DNA from: Ginsengibacter sp.
GTDB taxonomy: Bacteria > Bacteroidota > Bacteroidia > Chitinophagales > Chitinophagaceae
Assembly: GCA_039935135.1 (NCBI GenBank)
Contig: JBDTKU010000118.1
Coordinates: 1,234 to 65,233 of the forward strand
Direction of reading: 5' to 3'
Length of the DNA: 64,000 nucleotides
Positions 50,070-60,118 of the stretch are shown here, in pieces. A model generated the notes under the pieces. It saw nothing but the letters and a program-made list of their open reading frames with translations, was not told the origin of the DNA and ran no database searches. Within the stretch, counting starts at the first letter, position 1, and every line of letters begins with the position of its first letter. The position numbers and the translations under genes are program-made.

Positions 50070-52055
50070 TTATTTGAGGTATCCATAATAGGCATCATCA
50101 CTTGGAGTATCCCACCAAACAGGCATACTCCAAATATTTGGGTCCCCGGCATGGGGATTTAAAGCAAGCGTATTTACCGAGTTGTAATTTATTTCATAGG
50201 TTGGAGGTAAAGCCCACCGGCGTGCCCAATACCTGACATCTGCAGGGGAACCACCTGTCAATTGAGCCTGACCTGTAAATAATGGGCCCCGATCATATCC
50301 CGGATAAACTACTCCAAAGCCACCTATATCGCCGGCGCTAAAATTAAAGCGACGCATATCGTTCCAATTTTCTATACTGCAACCCATCGCCACATATTTT
50401 TGCAGCATGATATCTGACATTGTCAAAGCACCTGCCCCCTGACAAACTGCATCACTCACAAGATAATTATTGATAGCTGCCTGGTCCATAGGAGCCATAT
50501 CAGGATTAGTTTTAGAATAACCGGTGGCTTGCCATTCGGTCAGTTTAGCCTGCATCATATCAAGGTGGGCCTGGATACCTTGCTTGTAGGCAGTATAGGC
50601 ATCGGCATTATCTCCTTTTCTCATGTAAACCTCAGCTTTAATAAAGCACATCTCATGGTAGGTTAAAATCTCCTGGTCAGAAACTGGACGAACCTGGAAT
50701 GATCCCGTAGAGCCGACAGCTCCTGCAGCCATTGCATCTGATGAAGGATACCAGTCAACATCCAATGGATCTACTCCACCTGTTGCAAGCGCAAAACTGC
50801 GCAGATTCACATAAGCAGTATCTCCGGCATAAAGATAATTAGTACTGTTTATATACATGGAGCCCGCCACATAGGTGACTGTTACCTTATTCCCATCAAC
50901 TGTAAAAGGCCTCCCCGCCGAAACCTGATCAGCAATAAAGCTGGCAAGATCCGTCGCATCAGCAATGGTATATGTTTTATTAGTATTCGAAGTGGCATAA
51001 CTTGTCAGAGCAATAGATTTAGGACCTCCTTTCAGCAACCGGGTTGACGGACCATAAGAATCAACACCTTTTGAACGATTCCAGTCATGAGATATCACTT
51101 TGCCGTTGCCATCAAGTTTTATATTAGTCATGATAGCAGGTACGATTTTGCTCATTCTGGGATCTGTAACCCCCGAACCACGCATATTCGTCAACAAATT
51201 GTAATAGTAATGGGAAATACGTTGAGCGCTGCCGTAAGCCGCATAATCAAAGTTGCCATTTGTTACAACAGGGTCACCGTACAAATAATCTGTTACGGTA
51301 CTGTTGTTATAGCCTGGCCCAACGGTATTGTCGGCATTAGATTGTGGTCCCTTGGACAGACAGTATAGAATAGAATCCGCATTATACAGATCCGACTTTT
51401 TTGACAGCTTAAGCATGTACCGGGCTTTTAATCCCCAACATACTTTTATCCACTTGCTTACATCGCCGCCATTCCACAAATCTCCGGTAGCAAGTGCAGG
51501 AGCTCCGGGCTCTTGCGTCTTGCTAAACAGGTTGATAGCTTCATTCAATTTCGCCATACATCCGTTGTAAATAGTTTTACCATCATCAGGTTTAGGACTG
51601 GGATTCCCCGTTGCCGCCTCTGTGTAAGGCATTTCGCCGTACAAATCCAGCATTTCCATAAAACCCAGAGCATGGAATACGTCAGCCGCGGCCATATAAT
51701 GATAGGCGCCTTTTTTCTCAGCGGAATTATACAAATCGACTACATTGGAAGATACTTCTATAAACCATGTTTGATAGGGGGTTGTAACATTACCAGTAGA
51801 AAATTGCCATGTTGTGCTAAGTGTATTAGGACTACTAGAGTTACTATAATAAATTCCCGCCAGGCATGAAGTACGAAAATTGGTAACACCAGATGTGTAC
51901 TGATAAAAGTGTTCAATCCAGGGCAACCGATTTTGAATTAATACACTTTGATTGTTTGGGTTATCCGGATCCGTATTAACATCCAGCCACTTTTTACATG
52001 AAGAAGAAACTAACAGGACGATACTACCTAATATTATATATTTTATATTTTTCAT
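50070..52055 (-). CDS. susD: SusD/RagB family lipoprotein
   Basis: SSSCKKWLDVNTDP lipobox, DLYGEMPYTEA, IMLQKY...ENWNDMRR, VWWD; follows susC. Confidence 0.92.
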   Translation of the reverse strand: MKNIKYIILGSIVLLVSSSCKKWLDVNTDPDNPNNQSVLIQNRLPWIEHFYQYTSGVTNFRTSCLAGIYYSNSSSPNTLSTTWQFSTGNVTTPYQTWFIEVSSNVVDLYNSAEKKGAYHYMAAADVFHALGFMEMLDLYGEMPYTEAATGNPSPKPDDGKTIYNGCMAKLNEAINLFSKTQEPGAPALATGDLWNGGDVSKWIKVCWGLKARYMLKLSKKSDLYNADSILYCLSKGPQSNADNTVGPGYNNSTVTDYLYGDPVVTNGNFDYAAYGSAQRISHYYYNLLTNMRGSGVTDPRMSKIVPAIMTNIKLDGNGKVISHDWNRSKGVDSYGPSTRLLKGGPKSIALTSYATSNTNKTYTIADATDLASFIADQVSAGRPFTVDGNKVTVTYVAGSMYINSTNYLYAGDTAYVNLRSFALATGGVDPLDVDWYPSSDAMAAGAVGSTGSFQVRPVSDQEILTYHEMCFIKAEVYMRKGDNADAYTAYKQGIQAHLDMMQAKLTEWQATGYSKTNPDMAPMDQAAINNYLVSDAVCQGAGALTMSDIMLQKYVAMGCSIENWNDMRRFNFSAGDIGGFGVVYPGYDRGPLFTGQAQLTGGSPADVRYWARRWALPPTYEINYNSVNTLALNPHAGDPNIWSMPVWWDTPSDDAYYGYLK

Positions 52056-52075
52056 TATCTGTTTTTTTTCATTAT

Positions 52076-55000
52076 TTAAAATGTAAGATTTATTCCGAAG
52101 GTAAAACTAGCTACTGCAGGCACTCCCAAGTAATCAATACCTGTGGAACCCGAACCTCCTGTGCCTCCTGCTGCGCTTACCTCAGGATCCATTCCTTTGT
52201 AGTTTGTCCATGTAAATAAATTGGTACCTACTGCCGTTGCAGAGAATCCTTTAATAACTTTTTGATTCTTCAACATACCCGTGAAGTCATAAGTTAATGA
52301 CAAAGAACGTAGTTTCACCCAGTTTACCGAATTAATAAAATTCATGGAATTAGCTGCGTAATTTGCCCAATATTGCTGAATCATGTTCGTACCTGCAAAC
52401 GTTGTACTACCAATGGTATATGACTGATCTGCGCTATAGGTTTGTGTAAAATCAGCTCCTGTCTGGCTGTTGACTCCGGTTACGGTTACCGATTGGCGAT
52501 CGTTCAGTAAAGTCTTCTTACTTAAACCATTTACTACCATAGTATATTCAGTGCCATTATACACATCCCCTCCCTTGCGAATGTCGAGCAGAAATGATAA
52601 TGTAAATTTCTTGTACCGAAGGGTATTATTAATGCCACCGATGAAATCCGGTTCTCGATTGCCTACAACCGGGTTAGAAGTGTTCAGTTTATATAATCCC
52701 GTTGTAGGATCTACCTGGAAGCGTCCATTCGAAATTTCTTTCCCATCGGCATCGGTTTCACGCAAATAGGGTTGACCGGTCATTCCCAAAAAATAGCCAC
52801 CATTAGGAATTGATGCGGCCTTTACTGTTCCAAATTGAGCATCAGTGGGGTAAAAATAGGCTATGCCCGGAAGGAAAGCGCCTAATCTACCCTTGTTGTA
52901 AGAAAAGTTCAACATTATATCCCATGAAAAATCCTTTGTCATTATCGGTTTACCAGTAATCGCTATTTCCATACCCTTGTTAATGACAGAGCCGCTATTA
53001 AGGGAGCTAAATATAAACCCGCCGGACTGGGCCAAACGTGGCTGCGCAATTTGATTCTTTGTTTGGCTATGATAATACGTATAATCCAAACCAATACGAC
53101 CATTCAAAAATCTAAACTCTCCTCCAACTTCCCATGAATTTTGAATTTCAGGTTTCAATATTGGATTACCTGCAGAGTACTGATTACCTACCCCGGTAAA
53201 AGAGCCAATAGTGATCGGGGGATTTACATATGTATTCGTAGCATAAGCATTGGCATCTTTACCAACCTGCGCCCAACTTCCGCGAATTTTGCCGAAAGAA
53301 AGAATATTGTTTGCGGGTAACAGTTGAGTGAAAACAAAAGAACCGCTGACAGAAGGATAAAAATAAGATCTATTCTGAATTGGTAGTGTGGACGACCAAT
53401 CATTGCGTCCTGTTGCTGTGAAGTAGATAAGATCTTTATAGGATATGCCAAGTTCTCCATAACCTCCTACCAGGCGCCTTCTGGTGGTACCATCCGTAAA
53501 AAATTTATTATCGGTGGAAATATTATTAAAGCTGATAGTTCCTGCTGTAATAAAATTGTATCCCCAATGATTTTGGCCTGTTATTTCAGTATTTTCTGAG
53601 GTAGTTCCCAGTAGCAGGTGCGTATCAAAATCTCCGAATGACTTATGAAAATTACTCATCAAAGTGGTTGTAATATAGGAATAACCTAACATATCTTTGC
53701 TCAAACGCCCGGTTTGATACAATGGAATCACGGCAGAACCAGGAGCAATAAAAGTGTAATCGTTAGTGGTGTACTGGTCATATCCCACACGTGCAATCAA
53801 ATCCCACCAACTTGCCATTTTAAAATTGCCGTTAATTCCTCCTGTAAAACGATTGGTTTTAGAAGTTAAATTATTTTGATTTATTATCCAGTAGGGATTG
53901 TCTATATCGTTTTCCAAAGGAAAGGTTCCGGCAAATTTGCGGTATTGTGTGCCATCAGTGTTTATGTAATTGGCCATATTAAATGTCTGGGGCCAACTGT
54001 ATACACCGCCCATCGTTCCATTACCACCTCCGCCATACAAGCCAGCTGTAGTCAATGTTCTAGCTGTTTTAGCGATAGAATAAGCAACATTCGCATTTAA
54101 TGTTAACCTCCCATATTTCTGTTCACCATTAAAACGGAAAGTAGTTTTGTCATAATCTGTCCCGGGAATAATACCTGTCTGCTTGAAATTAGATCCCGAT
54201 AAATAAAAAGAGCCATTCTTTGTTCCGCCTGATATATTTACGTTATTATCATATACAATACCGTTTTGAAAGAAATTACCAATATTGTCATATATCGTAC
54301 TGTCAGCGGGAATCTTTGGCCCCCAAGAGTTATACGTAACATCGTTAAAAACGCCATTACTAGAATAGCTGCCAGGACCAAATTCGGTTTGGGCATCAGG
54401 CAATTTGTTTGCCCAGGAGGTGCTTATTTTACTATTCACATTTACGGTTACTCTACCTTCCTTGCCTTGCTTTGTAGTAATAATCACCACCCCATCGGCT
54501 GCCCGTGAACCGTACAATGCTGCTGCAGCAGCGCCTTTCAAAACCGATAAGGTTTGAATATCTTCCGGGTTGATATCCATAATACGATCGGAGTAAGTAG
54601 TATTACTGCGGGAAAGGCCATCGGTACCTGTATTACCCGTAACTGATGTTGAGTTATCATAAATAATTCCATCTACAACAAATAATGGCTGGTTTTGCCT
54701 TCCCTCCGATGTTGATGTACCACCCCGAATAGTGATAGATGCTCCAGCTCCTGCTGCGCCGCTAAATTGCGTAATGTTTACACCAGGAACTTTACCTGCT
54801 AAAGAATTAATGACATTAGTGTTTTTATTTTTCATCAATTCTGTGGAATTTAAATCGGAAACCGAATATCCCAACGCCCTTCGTTCCTTTTTAATACCCA
54901 ATGCCGTAACAACCACTTCTCCCAATTCTCCTTCTGCCCTCTGGAGAGTAATTGAAATAGTGGAAGAATTGCCCACTGCGATTTCCTGCGTTGTAAACCC

Positions 55001-55225
55001 AACGGCACTGATAATCAAGACATCTTTGGAATTCGCGCTTATTGAAAATTTACCTTCCAAGTTTGAACTTGTACCCGCTTTTTTCCCTTTTAAGAGAATG
55101 GAAGCTCCGTTAACTGGATTATTATCCGAAGACAATACTACTCCCGAAACGGCTCTTTGTTGGGCAAATGAATGTGATACCAGGAAAAAAATACCTAGTA
55201 AAAAAAGAAATAATTTTTTTTTCAT
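52076..55225 (-). CDS. susC: SusC/RagA TonB-dependent transporter
   Basis: EVVVTALGI, DINPEDI..LSVLKGAAAAALYGSRA, terminal F. Confidence 0.96.
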   Translation of the reverse strand: MKKKLFLFLLGIFFLVSHSFAQQRAVSGVVLSSDNNPVNGASILLKGKKAGTSSNLEGKFSISANSKDVLIISAVGFTTQEIAVGNSSTISITLQRAEGELGEVVVTALGIKKERRALGYSVSDLNSTELMKNKNTNVINSLAGKVPGVNITQFSGAAGAGASITIRGGTSTSEGRQNQPLFVVDGIIYDNSTSVTGNTGTDGLSRSNTTYSDRIMDINPEDIQTLSVLKGAAAAALYGSRAADGVVIITTKQGKEGRVTVNVNSKISTSWANKLPDAQTEFGPGSYSSNGVFNDVTYNSWGPKIPADSTIYDNIGNFFQNGIVYDNNVNISGGTKNGSFYLSGSNFKQTGIIPGTDYDKTTFRFNGEQKYGRLTLNANVAYSIAKTARTLTTAGLYGGGGNGTMGGVYSWPQTFNMANYINTDGTQYRKFAGTFPLENDIDNPYWIINQNNLTSKTNRFTGGINGNFKMASWWDLIARVGYDQYTTNDYTFIAPGSAVIPLYQTGRLSKDMLGYSYITTTLMSNFHKSFGDFDTHLLLGTTSENTEITGQNHWGYNFITAGTISFNNISTDNKFFTDGTTRRRLVGGYGELGISYKDLIYFTATGRNDWSSTLPIQNRSYFYPSVSGSFVFTQLLPANNILSFGKIRGSWAQVGKDANAYATNTYVNPPITIGSFTGVGNQYSAGNPILKPEIQNSWEVGGEFRFLNGRIGLDYTYYHSQTKNQIAQPRLAQSGGFIFSSLNSGSVINKGMEIAITGKPIMTKDFSWDIMLNFSYNKGRLGAFLPGIAYFYPTDAQFGTVKAASIPNGGYFLGMTGQPYLRETDADGKEISNGRFQVDPTTGLYKLNTSNPVVGNREPDFIGGINNTLRYKKFTLSFLLDIRKGGDVYNGTEYTMVVNGLSKKTLLNDRQSVTVTGVNSQTGADFTQTYSADQSYTIGSTTFAGTNMIQQYWANYAANSMNFINSVNWVKLRSLSLTYDFTGMLKNQKVIKGFSATAVGTNLFTWTNYKGMDPEVSAAGGTGGSGSTGIDYLGVPAVASFTFGINLTF

Positions 55226-55564
55226 AAATGTGGTCTAATTAAAATTTAAACGAATAAATACCGCAGTTACCGCAAATATTCATGCAAGCAAAACCAAAGC
55301 TATTGTTATTTCAATTAAAAACCCAAAATTATTTTTGAAATTTATTAACATAAACCAACCAAATCCTCAAAAAAACTATTAATTAAACGCAACTTTAATA
55401 AGAAAATAATACATATTTTATAAAGCAATCTAATAAAGCAGCAACATTTAGATAATTCAAGTCAAAAATTATTTTTTATGCGGTTATTAGAAAGAAAATT
55501 CTGCGGTACTTGCATTTTAAATGAATATTTGTTATAAGTTTGTTACGTGTAAATCACATTTCTT

Positions 55565-56314
55565 ATGCTTAAAATTGAGAGACAATCCTTTATTCTACAC
55601 CAGGTAAATCTGCATAACAAAGTGTTATCAACAGACCTTAGTATTCAATTGAAAGTATCAGATGATACAGTACGAAGGGATATTCAGCAACTGGCTGAAG
55701 AAGGAAAAGTCATTAAATTTCATGGAGGCGCATTATCTCCTTCATTTCATAATAATTACAGCGCTTCAAAAGATGTCTATGCCTATAATCAAAAAAGGAT
55801 AATTGCTCAAAAAGCAATTTCAATCATAAAAAATGGAATGTTTATATTGACGACAGGAGGAACAACTATTATTGAAATGGCGAGGGCTCTACCGCCCCAA
55901 CTTCACGCTACTTTTATTTCTGGCAGCATTCCTGCGCTTGCAGAATATATCATTCATCCGAATATCGAAGTAATTGCCATCGGAGATAAAATTTCGAAAG
56001 ATTCAAAGATCACCATTGGATCAGACGCTATCTCAAGAATTAGAGAATTGAAGGTGGATTTGTGCATATTGGGAATTTCAGCCATTAATCTTGAAACCGG
56101 GCTTTCGGATAATGACTGGGAAGTGGTTCAGATAAAAAAAGCAATGATTGAAGCATCGCAAAAAGCAATCTGCCTGACTATTTCGGAAAAAATTAATTCA
56201 AGGCAGCCATTCCAGATATGTGAAGCTAAAAAGATAGATACGATAATAACAGAATTATCTCCAGATGATAAATTATTAACCCCTTATATAAAAGCAGGAA
56301 TAAATGTCCTATAA
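55565..56314 (+). CDS. DeoR/GlpR family transcriptional regulator
   Basis: VSDDTVRRD HTH, HGGA, GGTT sensor domain; TAAGTTTG at 55535-55542. Confidence 0.93.
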   Translation: MLKIERQSFILHQVNLHNKVLSTDLSIQLKVSDDTVRRDIQQLAEEGKVIKFHGGALSPSFHNNYSASKDVYAYNQKRIIAQKAISIIKNGMFILTTGGTTIIEMARALPPQLHATFISGSIPALAEYIIHPNIEVIAIGDKISKDSKITIGSDAISRIRELKVDLCILGISAINLETGLSDNDWEVVQIKKAMIEASQKAICLTISEKINSRQPFQICEAKKIDTIITELSPDDKLLTPYIKAGINVL

Positions 56315-56467
56315 AGGAAACAAACCCATAGAAAAATATAACCGGAACAATCAATAAGATGCGACAAGAGACTATATAATCTTTATCGTAAACTATTCTT
56401 TGTGTTCAGATACTTTCGAAAATTAAAATAGAAATAAACTCACTTTCATAAAAATAAAGCACAATAC

Positions 56468-56494
56468 AGCCGCCTGTTCCCAGGTGGCTTTTTT
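56468..56494 (+). terminator. Intrinsic terminator after deoR
   Basis: AGCCGCCTG-ttcc-CAGGTGGCT plus T-run. Confidence 0.75.
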
Positions 56495-56510
56495 ATTAGG
56501 GCTAACCTGG

Positions 56511-56544
56511 CAGTAAACCCACAAATAATTCATATTCTTATTCT
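56511..56544 (-). repeat. 34-bp dispersed site, copy P
   Basis: Minus strand AGAATAAGAAT ATGAA TTATTTGTGGGTTTACTG; overlaps the DUF2207 TAG stop. Confidence 0.88.
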
Positions 56545-58261
56545 ACCAACTACTTCCTCCCCCACCTCCAAAACCTCCGCCAGAGAAACCTCCGCCTCCG
56601 CTAAAACTACCGCCGCTACTGCCGCTGCTGTGGGGAGAACTGTAAAAATTTTGTGTCATCTGGTTCATGGAATGGTCGAGGCTGTTCATAAACATCAAAG
56701 TATTAAAATTACTTCCGGCATAATAACCGGAATACCAATTTGGTGGCGGCACTTCAAGGCCCTTCAATTTATCTTTCCATTTATCGGCCATGTCAAAGAC
56801 GATGGCGTAGGGCAATACTTTATCAAAATAATTTGCATCCTGTTTTAAAAATTCCTGCAGCCGGTCTTTCTCAACCGATTTAATAAATTCCTTAAACCCT
56901 AATAATTTTTGATATAATAAAGTTCCTTTTTTAGTTTTCTTCGTCATAAAAAGGCCAAAGGAAATCAGTACAATTCCACTGGAAATTAGTGCAATCCCGA
57001 GCCAGAGTTTTTCCTGCCAGTCATCTACCAAGGCAAAAAAACCGATAGCCGCCGCAAGTATCCCAATGAAGGGAAAAACACATCCCATACCTCTTGAATA
57101 CATCACATAATAATCTTCTTCTTTGATCTCTGATTCCAATTCGGATTTTGCTTTATTCATTGTTGTATAAAGCACATTTTTGAGATCACTCAATTTCACA
57201 TGGTCGCCTGTTTTAAAAATACCATCAAACAAAGTTTTTTCGAATTGTTGAGAAATAGCAGGTAAATCTTTCAGTTTTACGAATTCATAATCTTTATTTT
57301 TAATCAGCCCGAATAAGGAATCTTTTTTAATTTCATTCACACGCAAATATCCACCAGCCCCCCAATAAGGAACAAGAGCTGTGAGATCGCGCTGGTCCAG
57401 CTTATTATCAATTATATATCCAGAGACGCTGGGGCTCACGTTTTCGGGAGGATAATATTCCGTTTGCACAGTCACTTTTTCATCCTTTCCCCATTTTTTC
57501 CAAACCAAGCGCATTCCTATAAAAACCATCAATGGAAACAACAACCACCAAACACCGCGAAAGGTATAATCGGGTTTAATTAAAAAACCTTCCGGAAAAC
57601 TAATCCCAATAGTCAACCCTTCGTAAGGATTTAAAGCGGTGGAAGTGTGGCCTGAAAATATTTTGTTTCCCGTCCATTCGGTGCCTGTTTTATTTTCTTT
57701 TGAACCATATTCACCGGTAGCCACGAAATAGTAAGGAGAGCCGGGAAGCACTTTTGGTAATTCGATTTTGAAATCAACTGAGTCAATGGTGGTGTTCCAT
57801 TGATGTCCTACAAGATTATAATAAAGTTCAGAATGATTTTTAAAAAAATTGATGGCATTTAATACGGTGTATTTAATTACATACTGCTGATCCCCATTTA
57901 CTAATTTATCAGCAGAACCAATTTTTATACTTTCATAATCACCATTTTTTTCAACGGCCACCTCATGCCCGGGAACTCTTATTTTTTCTATAAAAATTCT
58001 GGTAACCCCTTTTGCATGCATTTGCCTTTCAGCTTTTTCTACTCCTGCCGGAATTTCTTCCATGGGGTATCGATATTGAATTTTGCGGATAATGCCATGG
58101 CGCGGTTCAGTAAAATGAACATCGAGTTTTTCTGTAAAATCCAGGGAAGCATCTTTATTTACCTTCAGATCGATCTGATAATGAGTAATAGTAAAGGCTT
58201 CCTGCGCTTTGGTATGCTGAAAAAAAAACAAGAAAGCAAGAAATACCAATAATTTTTTCAT
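56543..58261 (-). CDS. DUF2207 membrane protein
   Basis: HGIIR, ELYYN, LPYAIVF, Gly-rich GGGFGGGGGSSW tail; downstream of lemA. Confidence 0.92.
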   Translation of the reverse strand: MKKLLVFLAFLFFFQHTKAQEAFTITHYQIDLKVNKDASLDFTEKLDVHFTEPRHGIIRKIQYRYPMEEIPAGVEKAERQMHAKGVTRIFIEKIRVPGHEVAVEKNGDYESIKIGSADKLVNGDQQYVIKYTVLNAINFFKNHSELYYNLVGHQWNTTIDSVDFKIELPKVLPGSPYYFVATGEYGSKENKTGTEWTGNKIFSGHTSTALNPYEGLTIGISFPEGFLIKPDYTFRGVWWLLFPLMVFIGMRLVWKKWGKDEKVTVQTEYYPPENVSPSVSGYIIDNKLDQRDLTALVPYWGAGGYLRVNEIKKDSLFGLIKNKDYEFVKLKDLPAISQQFEKTLFDGIFKTGDHVKLSDLKNVLYTTMNKAKSELESEIKEEDYYVMYSRGMGCVFPFIGILAAAIGFFALVDDWQEKLWLGIALISSGIVLISFGLFMTKKTKKGTLLYQKLLGFKEFIKSVEKDRLQEFLKQDANYFDKVLPYAIVFDMADKWKDKLKGLEVPPPNWYSGYYAGSNFNTLMFMNSLDHSMNQMTQNFYSSPHSSGSSGGSFSGGGGFSGGGFGGGGGSSW

Positions 58262-58270
58262 TAGAAAGAA

Positions 58271-58828
58271 TTAAAACTTTACTTCTACATTTTGCGCTTC
58301 CTGTTCATTATCTAACTCATAAAACTCGCGTGCTTTAAAGCCAGTCATATTGGCTACAAGTACACCAGGAAATTGTTGAATAGCGGTGTTATAATCTCTT
58401 ACTGTAGCATTATAATATCGGCGGGCGTTTGCGAGATCGCCCTCAATAGATTGCAAGGCAGATTGTAATTCAAGAAAATTCTGATTTGCTTTTAAATCAG
58501 GATAATTTTCCGCAATCGCAAGCAATCCTCTTAAAGCGCCGCCCAACGCCTGGTTGGCTTGTGCCGCTCCCTGAACATCGCCCGGAGGCACTGCTATTGC
58601 TGCATTACGAGCCTGGGTAACTTTTTCAAAAGTCTGGCTTTCATGTGCAGCATAACCTTTTACGGTGTTCACTAAATTCGGAATAAGGTCGAAACGTTTT
58701 TTTAAATAAACGCGAATATCGCTCCAACTGTTATCTACTTTTATTTTCAGTTTAACCAACCCGTTATACATGCTGATGATCCAGATGATCAACAAAACAA
58801 TTATGGCAAGAATAATCCAGATTATCAT
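58271..58828 (-). CDS. lemA: LemA family protein
   Basis: RFDLIPNLVNTVKGYAAHE, ENYPDLKANQNF, ARRYYN. Confidence 0.96.
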   Translation of the reverse strand: MIIWIILAIIVLLIIWIISMYNGLVKLKIKVDNSWSDIRVYLKKRFDLIPNLVNTVKGYAAHESQTFEKVTQARNAAIAVPPGDVQGAAQANQALGGALRGLLAIAENYPDLKANQNFLELQSALQSIEGDLANARRYYNATVRDYNTAIQQFPGVLVANMTGFKAREFYELDNEQEAQNVEVKF

Positions 58829-58932
58829 AATAAGAGTTTTAAATTAAACAAAAAGCTTCATGATGAAGCTATACACAAGTTAAAAAAAATATTATAAATT
58901 AATACAAATCGGATGACAAACAATTGAAAATT

Positions 58933-58966
58933 CAGTAAAGCAATAAATAATGGCAATTTTTATTAG
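58933..58966 (-). repeat. 34-bp dispersed site, copy Q
   Basis: Minus strand CTAATAAAAAT TGCCA TTATTTATTGCTTTACTG, 13 bp after epimerase stop. Confidence 0.88.
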
Positions 58967-58979
58967 AAAGCAGGAAATC

Positions 58980-60041
58980 CTAAATCACCTGGAAACCCAA
59001 AGCATAGGGATCATCATCACGGTCAATTGAAATCGTATTGTATCCGTAAATTTTTGCCCAACCTTCAATAGAAGGTCTGATGGCGGGCATACCATCAACC
59101 AATAATTCTTCTTCTATTCGTCCTATAAATTTACTTCCTATTATACTTTCGTGAATAAATTCATCACCCTTTTGTAATTTTCCTTTTGAATACCATTGCG
59201 CCATACGCGCTGAAGTTCCTGTGCCGCAGGGTGAGCGATCAATGGCTTTGTCGCCATAAAAAACCGCATTGCGTGCTGTTGAGTTTTTATCTAAAACTTT
59301 CCCTGTCCAAAGGAGGTGTGAACAGTAATTTATAGTTGGATTTTCAGGATGAATAAACTCATTTTTTTCATTAATTCTTTTTCGCATTTTTCTGCTCCAG
59401 GCTATTAATTGCCCCGCAGAATAATTTTCAAGCCCGGTAAAATTTTCCTGCACATCAACAATAGCATAGAAATTCCCACCATAAGAAACATCCACTTTTA
59501 ATTGACCCAAATCAGGACATTCAACTTCAATATTTTCCATAGCCAAAAAAGAAGGAACGTTGGTCAGTCTCACCGAAGAAACTTTTCTATTTTCCCGTTT
59601 ATAGGTAACCGTTACTAACCCAGCCGGAGTTTCCATAAGTACGATACCCGGAATTTTTGGTTGAAATAAATCTTCTTCAATAGCAATCGTGATCGTGCCA
59701 ATGGTGCCATGGCCGCACATCGGAAGGCATCCGCTTGTTTCTATGAACAACACACCCACATCATTTTTCGCATCACATGGAGGATACAAAATACTGCCAC
59801 TCATCATATCATGGCCGCGCGGTTCAAACATCAAGCCCTTTCGTATCCAGTCAAATTCTTTTAAAAAATGTTGTCGCCTTTCGCTCATGGTATTTCCTTC
59901 CAATGCAGGGCCACCGTCAGCAACTAACCGAACAGGATTGCCGCATGTGTGCGCATCTATGCAATGAAAAACTGAGCCGCCAAATCGTTTTAGTGAGGAG
60001 TTGGGATATTTTTTAATAATTGGATTTGATAACATTGCCAT
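58980..60041 (-). CDS. 4-hydroxyproline 2-epimerase (proline racemase family)
   Basis: EPRGH, MCGH and DRSPCGTG catalytic Cys pair; operon context. Confidence 0.9.
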   Translation of the reverse strand: MAMLSNPIIKKYPNSSLKRFGGSVFHCIDAHTCGNPVRLVADGGPALEGNTMSERRQHFLKEFDWIRKGLMFEPRGHDMMSGSILYPPCDAKNDVGVLFIETSGCLPMCGHGTIGTITIAIEEDLFQPKIPGIVLMETPAGLVTVTYKRENRKVSSVRLTNVPSFLAMENIEVECPDLGQLKVDVSYGGNFYAIVDVQENFTGLENYSAGQLIAWSRKMRKRINEKNEFIHPENPTINYCSHLLWTGKVLDKNSTARNAVFYGDKAIDRSPCGTGTSARMAQWYSKGKLQKGDEFIHESIIGSKFIGRIEEELLVDGMPAIRPSIEGWAKIYGYNTISIDRDDDPYALGFQVI

Positions 60042-60080
60042 TAAAATCTAATAAAAAAAACTCTATCATTATACCACGCA

Positions 60081-60113
60081 ACACCTGCCAGGTTTTTAAT
60101 ACCTGGCAGGTGT
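60081..60113. repeat. REP-like palindrome, copy 2
   Basis: ACACCTGCCAGGTTTTTAATACCTGGCAGGTGT. Confidence 0.8.
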
Positions 60114-60118
60114 AATTC

